Shown here: in pieces, positions 18,581-27,470 of the stretch | Position numbering within the stretch: position 1 is the stretch's first letter | Layout of the letters: every line of letters begins with the position of its first letter | DNA from: Minisyncoccota bacterium | GTDB taxonomy: Bacteria; Patescibacteriota; Minisyncoccia; Phycocordibacterales; UBA2100 | DNA length: 64,000 nt | Reading direction: 5' to 3' | Assembly (NCBI GenBank): GCA_043780835.1 | Contig: JAYWCB010000001.1 | Span: 103,738 to 167,737 of the forward strand | Notes under the pieces: model-generated | What the model saw: the letters and a program-made list of their open reading frames with translations, nothing else | The model's database searches: none | Told to the model about the DNA's origin: nothing | Program-made: the position numbers and the translations under genes

Positions 18581-19597
18581 TTAGCGTTTCGAAATGATCG
18601 CTTTTTTGTACGTGTCTAAATGCTTGAGGGCTTCGCCTGTCCCCTTCACGACACAAAACGGAGCGTCTTTTGCCAAGCGAGCCTTGACCCCCGTGCGGCG
18701 GAAAATGAGCTCGGGCAAATTGCGCAATTGCGAAGATCCTCCGGTCATAGTAATGCCATTGTCGATGATGTCGGCGGCAAGCTCCGGAGGCGTTTCCTGT
18801 AACACATCCTTGATTGCGTTCACCATCGTGCGGAGCTCTTTGCCTATAGCGCGCACGACTTCGTTGGTACCTACTTCGATTGAACGAGGCAATCCGGTGA
18901 GATGATCGCGACCTTTTACGAGCATGGTGAGCTCTTCTTCCACCGGTACCGCAGAGCCGATGTGGATTTTCATTTCTTCAGCCATTTTGTCGCCGATTGC
19001 GAGATTGGAGGATTTTTTGATGTAATCGGCAATTGCACGGTCAATTCGATTGCCGGCGCATTTCACCGACGTCGAGGCCACGATCCCACCGAGCGAAATC
19101 ACCGCCACGTCGGTGGTCCCACCGCCGATATCTACAATCATGTGGCCCCGCGCTTCATAAATGGGAATTCCTGCACCAATTGCGGCCAAAATCGGCTCTT
19201 TCACAACATACGCTTCGCGCGCACCGGCTTTGGTGGCAGCTTCTACCACTGCGCGTCGCTCGGTCGACGTCACACCGGCAGGAACCGAGACCATGACTTC
19301 GGGGCGAAACAAATTCCACTTACTCAAACTGCGACGGATGAAATAGCGCAACATTGCTTCCGTTACACGATAATCCGCTATTACGCCGTCTTTCATCGGG
19401 CGATACGCAATAATTTCGTCCGGGGTACGGCCGATCATCTCTTTCGCCTCGTTGCCGATCGCAAGAATTCTGTTGTCGTGTTGTGATACCGCAACCACGG
19501 ACGGTTCATTCAATACAATGCCTTTGCCCGGAACAAAGACAAGCACAGTCGTTGTGCCGAGATCAATACCGAGTTTTGGAGCGAAAGAGAATCCCAT
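18581..19597 (-). CDS. MreB/Mbl-like actin homolog (second paralog)
   Basis: GIDLGTTTVLVFVPGKGIVLNEPSVVAV, DIGGGTTDVAVISLGG and the complete actin-fold motifs. Alignable by eye to the mreB at 10666-11742. Start placed at MGFSF. Confidence 0.8.
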   Translation of the reverse strand: MGFSFAPKLGIDLGTTTVLVFVPGKGIVLNEPSVVAVSQHDNRILAIGNEAKEMIGRTPDEIIAYRPMKDGVIADYRVTEAMLRYFIRRSLSKWNLFRPEVMVSVPAGVTSTERRAVVEAATKAGAREAYVVKEPILAAIGAGIPIYEARGHMIVDIGGGTTDVAVISLGGIVASTSVKCAGNRIDRAIADYIKKSSNLAIGDKMAEEMKIHIGSAVPVEEELTMLVKGRDHLTGLPRSIEVGTNEVVRAIGKELRTMVNAIKDVLQETPPELAADIIDNGITMTGGSSQLRNLPELIFRRTGVKARLAKDAPFCVVKGTGEALKHLDTYKKAIISKR

Positions 19598-19652
19598 TGT
19601 GGGGGCATTGTACCCTACTGCGAGACGGCTCCAAATTATCATTCATGTGCCA

Positions 19653-19925
19653 CTCTCGGCCTATCACACTCAATCCCCTCGCAAGCGCTTTTTGTTCATT
19701 TCATCAAATTTCTTTTTGGACGCGGCTTTTGCTTCGGGTGTGTGATTTTGCGGCTTGATCTCCCACTACCCCTTCGGGGCACAAGTAGCTGTTACTTTAT
19801 TCTTTCTCTCGCTCTCGGCCTATCGCACTCAATCCCCTCGCAAGCGTTTTTTGTTCATTTCATCAAATTTCTTTTTGGACGCGGCTTTTGCTTCGGGTGT
19901 GTGATTTTGCGGCTTGATCTCCCAC
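19653..19925. repeat. Two direct copies (about 113 bp, period 159 bp, 2 mismatches) duplicating the 3' end of the adjacent CDS
   Basis: Copy 1 is 19653-19765 and copy 2 is 19812-19925. A ccccttcgggg hairpin sits between them. Copy 2 encodes the C-terminus of the 19829-20251 ORF. Copy 1 has an in-frame stop. Confidence 0.85.
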
Positions 19926-20251
19926 CAGAATTTTTTACTAAAGTTTGGCGATTCTTCACACACTTTTTTCAGATAATAAAGATCCTTCGTCGGTATCTGT
20001 TGCAAGAGCTTCCCCATGCGACCCATTGCAATCGGTGGGAGGCCGTCGGGAACGCGCGTCTTATTGAGCTCTTGGCAAAAATACCTCATGATCTCTCCTC
20101 GCTCGGTTTCGTTGGTCTTTTTGAGTGCGCGATTGAGTTGTGAGCCGATATGCTTCATGCGCCTATTGTACGCGTGTATGGGTTTAAACTGTATTGCCAA
20201 ATGAGGCAAAAAACGTAATAGTGACGTGAATTCACGGCGCTCATGCGACAC
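19829..20251 (-). CDS. Hypothetical protein (K/E-rich C-terminus)
   Basis: 140-aa ORF, possibly starting at the internal MKHIGSQL (20158). Its last 32 codons lie in repeat copy 2. No family recognised. Confidence 0.35.
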   Translation of the reverse strand: MSHERREFTSLLRFLPHLAIQFKPIHAYNRRMKHIGSQLNRALKKTNETERGEIMRYFCQELNKTRVPDGLPPIAMGRMGKLLQQIPTKDLYYLKKVCEESPNFSKKFWWEIKPQNHTPEAKAASKKKFDEMNKKRLRGD

Positions 20252-20785
20252 ATACTTCCCGAAAACGAAAATCCGGTTCTTCGACTGATTGCCGCACCGG
20301 TACCAGTCGCCGCAATTGACTCACCCGAGATCAAATCGCTTATCAAAGAAATGCGCACACTGCTATCGAAAGAGGATTACGGCGTTGCGCTCGCAGCCCC
20401 ACAAGTCGGTGAATCTGTACGTATTTTTATAATTTCCGGTCGAGCACTCGCTCGTGCCGCGCAAGACGAGAACGACGATAGCGAGCCCGTCCCCTTGCCT
20501 GACCACATTTATATCAATCCGGAACTCACGAGTGTGTCGCGTAAGAAAATAGAAAAACACGAGGGCTGCCTCTCGGTGCGAGGACACTGGGGCATGGTGC
20601 CTCGATCCGAAAAAGCGACCGTTCGAGCGTATGATGATTCCGGAAAGCGCTTCACGCGAGGTGCATCAGGATTTTTAGCACACATATTCCAACACGAGAT
20701 GGATCACCTCGAAGGTATTCTCTATACTGATAAAGCAACTGAACTCTATGAAGACGAACACAAAAATGAACACACGAACGATTAA
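20243..20785 (+). CDS. def: Peptide deformylase
   Basis: GVALAAPQVG (motif I), EGCLSV (motif II) and HEMDHLEG (motif III). Confidence 0.9.
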   Translation: MRHILPENENPVLRLIAAPVPVAAIDSPEIKSLIKEMRTLLSKEDYGVALAAPQVGESVRIFIISGRALARAAQDENDDSEPVPLPDHIYINPELTSVSRKKIEKHEGCLSVRGHWGMVPRSEKATVRAYDDSGKRFTRGASGFLAHIFQHEMDHLEGILYTDKATELYEDEHKNEHTND

Positions 20786-21641
20786 ATTTGCATACTTTGG
20801 AACCGGCGAAGTGGCACGGTTCGTTCTCGAAGAATTGGTAAGCGCAAAACTGTATCCGTCAGTTGTGGTTACTGCGCCGGACTCTGCAAAAGGCCGGGGT
20901 CTCACGCGCTCCCCTACCGCAGTTGGAATTCTTGCAGAGAATTTAGCAATACCGCTTCTGAAGCCCGGCTCAATTGATGCAGAAACGATCGCAACACTCA
21001 AGAAATCCGACTGGGATCTATTTGTGGTTGCTGATTACGGATCGCTTCTCAGAAATAATGTGCTCGATATACCGCGACGCGGCGTGCTCAACATGCATCC
21101 GTCACTTCTGCCCCGCTTACGCGGGCCCTCACCGATCAGAACAGCAATTCTGACCGATGAAAATCCGACCGGTGTAAGCATCATGCTCCTCGACAAAGAA
21201 ATGGATCATGGACCGATCATTGCGCAACGACGTGTGCCGATTACTCCGTGGCCGCCGCGGGCAACCGTGCTCGAGGAAGTACTCGCCCGTGACGGTGGCC
21301 TCTTGCTCGCCGACATGATCCCCTTGTGGGTACGCAAAGAAATTGAGGCGAGACCTCAAAATCACGACATAGCAACCTATACGCGTAAATTCGAAAAGCG
21401 CGACGGAGAAATTAAATTTCTCGATGATCCGTGGGAAAATCTCTTAAAAATTCGTGCCTACGAAGGGTGGCCAACCGCGTATGCGTTTTTTGAGCGCGAC
21501 GGCAAACAGTTGCGTGTGCAATTACTCGAAGCACATGTCGCCAACGATGTGCTCGTACTTGATACCGTGCGCCCCGAGGGCAAAAACACGATGTCGTACA
21601 CAGAGTTTGTGCGTACCGGTGCAACACCGATCATGGAGTAG
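20766..21641 (+). CDS. fmt: Methionyl-tRNA formyltransferase
   Basis: IKFAYFGTGEVA N-terminus, the NMHPSLLPRLRGPSPI formyltransferase active site, and a C-terminal Fmt domain. Overlaps the end of def (def-fmt operon). Confidence 0.85.
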   Translation: MNTRTIKFAYFGTGEVARFVLEELVSAKLYPSVVVTAPDSAKGRGLTRSPTAVGILAENLAIPLLKPGSIDAETIATLKKSDWDLFVVADYGSLLRNNVLDIPRRGVLNMHPSLLPRLRGPSPIRTAILTDENPTGVSIMLLDKEMDHGPIIAQRRVPITPWPPRATVLEEVLARDGGLLLADMIPLWVRKEIEARPQNHDIATYTRKFEKRDGEIKFLDDPWENLLKIRAYEGWPTAYAFFERDGKQLRVQLLEAHVANDVLVLDTVRPEGKNTMSYTEFVRTGATPIME

Positions 21642-21651
21642 CGAAGACGCG

Positions 21652-22020
21652 CTACCTCCCTGACTTAAGTGTCTTTTTCACTTCTGCGCCTTCCCGTTTT
21701 ATTTTCGTTTCTTTCACGGTTTTTTGTTTGCGAAGCTGACGCAGCGCTTCGTCTTTTGCATTGTCGATTGCCGCATTGATACTGGATTCATTATTGACCG
21801 CCCGAATCGGTTTTCTACGTGGAGCACGGATCATGATTTCGGCGAAATAGAGGTGCTCGCCATGACGCTGCTTCCCTGCCGCGCGGCCGATCTCTACCTC
21901 AACCTGTGATATCGATGCGTCTGAGCCGAGGAGCTTCTCAAGTGCCGCGATACGGATATCGAGATATTTCTTAACGGCACCGGTGAGTTCATAATCCTTG
22001 GTTTTGATTCGAATATTCAT
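21652..22020 (-). CDS. hpf: Ribosome hibernation promoting factor / RaiA family protein
   Basis: MNIRIKTKDYELTGAVKKYLDIRIAALEKL ... VEVEIGRAAGKQRHGEHLYFAEIMI matches the YfiA/HPF fold signature. About 122 aa from MNIRIK. Confidence 0.75.
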   Translation of the reverse strand: MNIRIKTKDYELTGAVKKYLDIRIAALEKLLGSDASISQVEVEIGRAAGKQRHGEHLYFAEIMIRAPRRKPIRAVNNESSINAAIDNAKDEALRQLRKQKTVKETKIKREGAEVKKTLKSGR

Positions 22021-22111
22021 ATGTTTTATTGTACACGAGATACCCATGGAGAGTATATGAATGACCCGTGCCACAACGGTGGCACGGGTCTCAAAGGACA
22101 TATAGGTCATG

Positions 22112-22576
22112 TCAACCGGAAACTATGTCGCCGACTCTGATGAATCGAGAACCCCGGTAATCGTCGCGGCAGCTTGGCACCAGAAATCCCTCAATACCGA
22201 CGAGGGGAGCCCGTTGCCATCGGCCTTCCAGTTCCCCTTTTCCGTGAATGCGAATATGCGGAACCTCAAAAGCTTCTTCACGGCCCGAAAGCCGTTCGGT
22301 TTCGCGTACTCCGAAGACCGCATGCATTTCTTTTGAACGATCTCCACCGAAGCAGTACACTCCGGGCATTACAAAAAGCGAAATTTCGAGCAACGCACTG
22401 AGCGTCGCATTTCGTTCCCGATTTTTTCTTGCTCTCAAATATTCATCGATGAGTGCACAGCAGCGGTTCATTCTCCCCTGAAGCAGGTCGTGCGCTACAG
22501 CGGGCGTCTCCGAAAGTAGTCGAATTCTGGCCAACGAATCATTCCTTATTTTATTCAGTCCCTCTTGTATATACAA
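22112..22576 (-). CDS. Hypothetical protein
   Basis: 154-aa ORF with no competing long ORF. No confident motif match; Nudix and metallophosphoesterase were considered and not supported. Confidence 0.3.
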   Translation of the reverse strand: MYIQEGLNKIRNDSLARIRLLSETPAVAHDLLQGRMNRCCALIDEYLRARKNRERNATLSALLEISLFVMPGVYCFGGDRSKEMHAVFGVRETERLSGREEAFEVPHIRIHGKGELEGRWQRAPLVGIEGFLVPSCRDDYRGSRFIRVGDIVSG

Positions 22577-22604
22577 AACTCAAACCGTTCTGTCTAACTG
22601 TGGA

Positions 22605-23231
22605 TTACTTTTCGCTGCGTGCGTATCTGCCAATAAGCGTCGAATGTGCGAGTACATGTGCGTTCATTTTCGCTCGCACCGTCTCTATCGAAGCACCTTC
22701 CTCCAATTCGAGCAGGGTATCCAATGCATACACATCAAAATAATATCGGTGTTCGCGTGGTTCATACTGCGGCGGTGAGCATGGTCCCACATACCCCGCT
22801 ATACCATTTCCGGTCGCACCTTGCACTCCGGCAACTTCTCCCACACCAATTTCTGTTTTCGTCGACGGGATGTCAAACAGTACCCAATGGAGAAATACAC
22901 CTGATGCAACGAGACTTTTCGGCACGTCGCGATCTTCGGCAATGACCACAAACGATTTTGTGTCACGGGGTGCACCGGCAAAAGCGAGTGGTGGAGATAT
23001 TTGTTTTTCGTCACACGTAAACTGTGCCGGTATCGATTCATTGTTTCCAAACGCGGGACTGGTAACTGCGAAGCCCGATGCATGAACTGGTGTTGTTTCT
23101 TTCGGGACCGTATTCATATATTGCGTAAAATCTCTTGTGTAATAGACATACAACAAGGCAATCAAAGCAATGCACCAGAGAATGCCAATGAAAATTGCAG
23201 TGCGTCGTATCATATCCGCAGTGTCATGCAT
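22605..23231 (-). CDS. YbhB/YbcL-family phosphatidylethanolamine-binding protein (PEBP/RKIP-like), membrane anchored
   Basis: FTCDEKQISPPLAFAGAPRDTKSFVVIAEDRDVP ... FLHWVLFDIP ... GYVGPCSPPQYEPREHRYYFDVYALD matches the bacterial PEBP signature. Confidence 0.8.
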   Translation of the reverse strand: MHDTADMIRRTAIFIGILWCIALIALLYVYYTRDFTQYMNTVPKETTPVHASGFAVTSPAFGNNESIPAQFTCDEKQISPPLAFAGAPRDTKSFVVIAEDRDVPKSLVASGVFLHWVLFDIPSTKTEIGVGEVAGVQGATGNGIAGYVGPCSPPQYEPREHRYYFDVYALDTLLELEEGASIETVRAKMNAHVLAHSTLIGRYARSEK

Positions 23232-23239
23232 CTATTCTC

Positions 23240-25291
23240 TCATCCAACACGCTCTCGCGAAGTTTCCTGTAGCGAAAAAAGATAGCGTTGAATTTCATCA
23301 ACGGAAACAGGTTTCACTAAATGCTTATCGAAACCCGCCCGCGCTGTCTGCAATCGATCTATTTCCTGACCATATCCCGACAACGCGACAATCTTTACCG
23401 CTGATTGCGCACGAATTCGGCGAGCTGTTTCGTACCCGTCCATTTCAGGCATACCAAGATCAAGCAATACAACGGTCGGAGAGAATGCATTGAGATCCGC
23501 GAGTGCGCGCGCTCCCGAATACGCGACCTGTACGGTGTGACCTTTGGCGCGTAAAAGTTTCTGTAGCGCTCCCGCTGCGGCCTGATTGTCGTCTACGATT
23601 AAAATTCGACAAGGTGCTACGTTTCCACTGAGCACTGTCGCCCGTACGTTTTCAAGCGGCATCTGAAGCGAGAGCGGTAATCGAATCGTAAACGTACTTC
23701 CCAATCCCTTGCCGGCGCTTTCCGCGCGCACCGTACCGCCGTGCAGTTCACATAATCGTTTTGTCAGAAACAGTCCTATACCAAGACCCGCATCACTCCG
23801 GTCCTTCGATTCTATTTGTTTAAATGGTTCAAAGATGCGTTCCAACATACGGGACTCAATCCCCAAACCGTTGTCAGAAATGCGTATTTCCAGCATGTTT
23901 TTGTCCGCTCGCGCATGCAGCGAAACAGCACTGCCGACTGGAGAATATTTGCTTGCATTATTGAGTACGTTGATGATGATTTGTTTGATCCGTACCGGAT
24001 CAGCGAAAAGAATCATACCGTCTACGTCCATTACGGACGTAAACGCTTGAGCACGAGATCGCATCAACGACTCTACATTCGCGACTGATTGCTCAAGAAC
24101 CGTTCGCACATCCACAGTTTCTTTTTGAAGCTTAAATTTCTTTTGTGTAAGCCGAGCCGTATCGAGGAGATCGTCTAATAAACGCTTAATCATTTCAGTA
24201 TGAGATTCCGCTATGCGTATGGTTTCCAGTGCACTCTCAGATTGGGTTTCCAATTTCAATAATTCGAGAGAACTGACGATCGGGGCGAGCGGATTGCGCA
24301 GCTCATGGGCTAATATAGCGATGAATTCATTTTTTGCTTTATCTGCCTCTGTGGTAATTTCATATGCGTGCTCCAGGTCGTGGAACGCAATCCGTCGCTC
24401 CTCTACCACAGACATAAACGGGAAAAAAAGTGCGGCGAGCAATCCGATGTAAATTTCATCTGAAAGCAATTGCGCACTCAGTGCGCCCGTTGAAGGATGC
24501 GCGATAATAGTCCCGGCGATAGCAATGATGGATGTACTGAGGAGTGCAAGCGTAAACCAGCGCACATGGAATCGCAGGGCAAACCATATGTAGATAGCCG
24601 GTAAAAAGAAAATGACTCCGACGCCGAACATTTGCAGATGCAGCGTCCAAAAGAGTAAATAATTGTTCACGAACAACACTGTAAATGCCGCAACGATTTC
24701 GAGCGCTTCACGTTTTGCAATCGTAAAATTCTTCCAGGGGTACCACGATGCAATGAACGAGGTTATAACCAGCACGCTGAACATGCCACCGCCCCATGCG
24801 CGTCCGATATTTTCCGATGGGGAAACAGTTAAGATGTTCGCAATCAGCTGCAGTGCGGTTGAAATTAAGGGAGCAATCAGCGTGACGAAAAGCGCGAGCC
24901 CGATCAAAATGAGCGCGTTGCGCATTTTATCTATATTGAGCGCGAGATTCAGACGACGTGCAATAAACAGCGCTGCAACTGATTGCATCGCATATGCCGC
25001 CCCCGTAATAACGGGTAGCAAAATAGCACCGTCAAGCTGTATGCTGAGCGCGAGAAACTGAGCAAGAAAAATAGGGACCGTCATTCGATACCCGCCGAAA
25101 AGTACCGCGGCGAGGGCAATTCCGACCGGCGGCCAAATAAGCGCCGGAGATGTGTGAAAGTGAAAATATACGTACAGCGAAATCCTGGCGGTAACAAAGT
25201 ACACGAGAAACACGAGCGCAGCGGAGGACAAATCGCGGAGCGACATGGTGGCCGAAAAGGTCTTCGGTCCTTTCATTGCCGAAATGTACAT
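23240..25291 (-). CDS. Hybrid sensor histidine kinase / response regulator with a multi-TM N-terminal sensor
   Basis: About 8 TM helices, a HisKA H-box (FIAILAHELRNPLAPI), a HATPase_c (N, G1, G2 boxes) and a C-terminal REC domain (ILIVDDN...DLGMPEMDGYE). Confidence 0.8.
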   Translation of the reverse strand: MYISAMKGPKTFSATMSLRDLSSAALVFLVYFVTARISLYVYFHFHTSPALIWPPVGIALAAVLFGGYRMTVPIFLAQFLALSIQLDGAILLPVITGAAYAMQSVAALFIARRLNLALNIDKMRNALILIGLALFVTLIAPLISTALQLIANILTVSPSENIGRAWGGGMFSVLVITSFIASWYPWKNFTIAKREALEIVAAFTVLFVNNYLLFWTLHLQMFGVGVIFFLPAIYIWFALRFHVRWFTLALLSTSIIAIAGTIIAHPSTGALSAQLLSDEIYIGLLAALFFPFMSVVEERRIAFHDLEHAYEITTEADKAKNEFIAILAHELRNPLAPIVSSLELLKLETQSESALETIRIAESHTEMIKRLLDDLLDTARLTQKKFKLQKETVDVRTVLEQSVANVESLMRSRAQAFTSVMDVDGMILFADPVRIKQIIINVLNNASKYSPVGSAVSLHARADKNMLEIRISDNGLGIESRMLERIFEPFKQIESKDRSDAGLGIGLFLTKRLCELHGGTVRAESAGKGLGSTFTIRLPLSLQMPLENVRATVLSGNVAPCRILIVDDNQAAAGALQKLLRAKGHTVQVAYSGARALADLNAFSPTVVLLDLGMPEMDGYETARRIRAQSAVKIVALSGYGQEIDRLQTARAGFDKHLVKPVSVDEIQRYLFSLQETSRERVG

Positions 25292-25331
25292 TTCCTATCA
25301 CAGACGTCAACTCGTGGAAAACCGATTGTTT

Positions 25332-26144
25332 CTAGACAAAAAATATGCGTTGAATAGTCCATACGAGCGCGATCGCGGCAATGATAAGCGCGACGATTTT
25401 AACAAAAACATGAAACCAGGACTTTTTGCGAACAGCGAAGAGTATCGGTAGTGCAACCGCGAGAATCATAATTTGGCCGATTTCAATTCCAATATTAAAT
25501 GAGAACAATGAAGCCAAGAATCTGTCATCGGGTATCGCAATATCTCGCAAGAGTCCCGCAAAACCGAGTCCGTGAAATAACCCAAAAAAGAATACTATCG
25601 CAATCTTTCCCCAACCGGTTTTAAAAATCGGGAGTTCACCGTAAAAGATCGGAAGAATCGCCATGACGGCAATAGATACCGCAATCATCGGTTCGACGAC
25701 CCTACCCGGCAACAACAAAAAACCTGTTCCAGCGAGTATCAAGGTCGTCGTATGTGCAGTCGTAAAGGTGGTGACGAGTTTGAGAATTTCGGCAATCGAA
25801 ACGAACGCGAGTGCAAGTGTCAGTACAAATAGAACATGGTCCGGTCCTGACAAAATGTGCCGAATGCCAAGTTTTATAAAATCCCATGCATTATCAAAAA
25901 AACTCGTCTGTGACTGACCTCGAACGATTCTCACAATTTGTTCCGTTGAACTATTTGTAAATTTAGCTGCAACATCCGGCGACTGTGACAACGCAAACGC
26001 TCTCAGCTCTTCCGGCGTGGCATTCGGATGTGTCTTGAGGTATTGCACGACCACTTTCGGCAATAGCTCGTGTGCCGATGCGGTATGCGCTCCACCAAAG
26101 AGAAGGGCAATCGCAACAACTGATGCATAGGAAAATCGCCGCAT
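25332..26144 (-). CDS. HupE/UreJ-family membrane protein (putative Ni/Co uptake)
   Basis: Signal peptide, then GIRHILSGPDHVLFVLTL and FGLFHGLGFAG His-rich TM motifs typical of HupE/UreJ. Confidence 0.6.
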   Translation of the reverse strand: MRRFSYASVVAIALLFGGAHTASAHELLPKVVVQYLKTHPNATPEELRAFALSQSPDVAAKFTNSSTEQIVRIVRGQSQTSFFDNAWDFIKLGIRHILSGPDHVLFVLTLALAFVSIAEILKLVTTFTTAHTTTLILAGTGFLLLPGRVVEPMIAVSIAVMAILPIFYGELPIFKTGWGKIAIVFFFGLFHGLGFAGLLRDIAIPDDRFLASLFSFNIGIEIGQIMILAVALPILFAVRKKSWFHVFVKIVALIIAAIALVWTIQRIFFV

Positions 26145-26147
26145 ACG

Positions 26148-27407
26148 TTATCGCTCTTTAAGAGCTGCGGAATAATTCGGAAACGTAAACTGATCAATAC
26201 TTTTTGCTTTCGTGAAGAGCTCACGAGCACGTACTGTCTCGCCAAGCGTTTCGTATATAGAAGCCGCATGGAACAAGATAGTCGTATCTGTTTCGCCGAG
26301 TCTCAGTGATTCGCCTACATATTTTAAAGCCTCGTGTGCACGACCATTTTTAAAGAGCGCCCACGCGAGTACATCTGCTCCATATATTGACGGCCGCCCC
26401 GCATACGCAGACTGCGCACGAGCAAGCGCAACTTTTGGATCGCCGTGATCTGCAAGGAACAGCGCGTATTCAAGATCGACGTTGACCCCTTTGGCATCTT
26501 TGAATGCAATGTCCGCGAGCGCAGCTTGTTGATCGGCTTTTTCTTTTTCACCACGTGCCACATAAAAATTGGCGAGTGATTGGGCAAATTGCGCCGTCGG
26601 GAATGCCACAAACGCGTCTCGGTAAAATTTCTCCGCCGCCACCATGTTGCCGTCTGCATAGGACAGACGTCCGAGCGACTCCAATGCGGGCGCATATGCC
26701 GGTTGAATCGCGAGCGCATGTTCAAAATCTAGTTTTGCCTTTACCCTATCGGTTCTGATGCGTAGCTTTCCGGTTTCCGTATATGCCCACGCCATATTTT
26801 CTACATTGGAACTGCCCGCAGAAATTGCGTCTGCGAGCGCGCTGAGCGCACCATCAAAGTCGCCATGCAGTTCCCGTTGATACGCGACGCGTGCGTACGC
26901 ACTGAATGCGGGTTTTAGATTCAGCATTTTTTGCAGTGATTGCTCCGCTGCATCGTATTGCCCTAACTCAATCTCGGAATCGCTCTCAATACCGTACATG
27001 TACGCGGTTTGTGGGCTGCGCGTTATGGCTTTATGAATTTCAACGAGGCCGTCTTTAAATTGATGTCGCCCATTTGCAACGGCGGCACGCTTGGCGACAA
27101 TGTCGGCGTTATCCGGTGATTTCGCCGCCGCAACATTCAGCACGTCCTCTATTTTCTTATAGAGTGTTGCGTCTCCTGTTTCGCGGATTTTCTGCAAATA
27201 CGCATCGGAAAGTGCGACTGCTAATTGCGGCTTGTCGGGCGTTGCGGCTACACTCTTTTCAAGAGTCGCGATTACGCGATCGGTTTGCGTCGCGTTCGCT
27301 TGTACGAGCGACCTTACGCTCCGAAATTGAATCCATAAAAAAGAAAGACTCGCCACAAGCGCGAACAGTGCGACAATGACGAAGATAATTGTGCTTTTGT
27401 TTTTCAT
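26148..27407 (-). CDS. Membrane-anchored tetratricopeptide (TPR) repeat protein
   Basis: N-terminal TM helix then multiple 34-residue TPR-like units (A/Y/L periodicity, for example AYAGRPSIYGADVLAWALFKNGRAHEAL). Confidence 0.6.
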   Translation of the reverse strand: MKNKSTIIFVIVALFALVASLSFLWIQFRSVRSLVQANATQTDRVIATLEKSVAATPDKPQLAVALSDAYLQKIRETGDATLYKKIEDVLNVAAAKSPDNADIVAKRAAVANGRHQFKDGLVEIHKAITRSPQTAYMYGIESDSEIELGQYDAAEQSLQKMLNLKPAFSAYARVAYQRELHGDFDGALSALADAISAGSSNVENMAWAYTETGKLRIRTDRVKAKLDFEHALAIQPAYAPALESLGRLSYADGNMVAAEKFYRDAFVAFPTAQFAQSLANFYVARGEKEKADQQAALADIAFKDAKGVNVDLEYALFLADHGDPKVALARAQSAYAGRPSIYGADVLAWALFKNGRAHEALKYVGESLRLGETDTTILFHAASIYETLGETVRARELFTKAKSIDQFTFPNYSAALKER

Positions 27408-27470
27408 GGATACTGCGGCGTTTGAGGCAGAGCCCCGGGTGGAGACACCCGGGGCTCATACGAAGTTCGA

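Noticed and set aside
19742-20143. 133-aa plus-strand ORF spanning the duplicated segment
   Set aside because: Its existence depends on the repeat itself. It overlaps the better-supported minus-strand gene end and translates to low-complexity L/F-rich sequence with no motifs.
22112-22576. Assignment of the 154-aa protein as Nudix hydrolase or YfcE-like metallophosphoesterase
   Set aside because: The RETERLSG segment does not satisfy the Nudix box (REUxEExGU), and phosphoesterase motifs are not in canonical order. Left as hypothetical.
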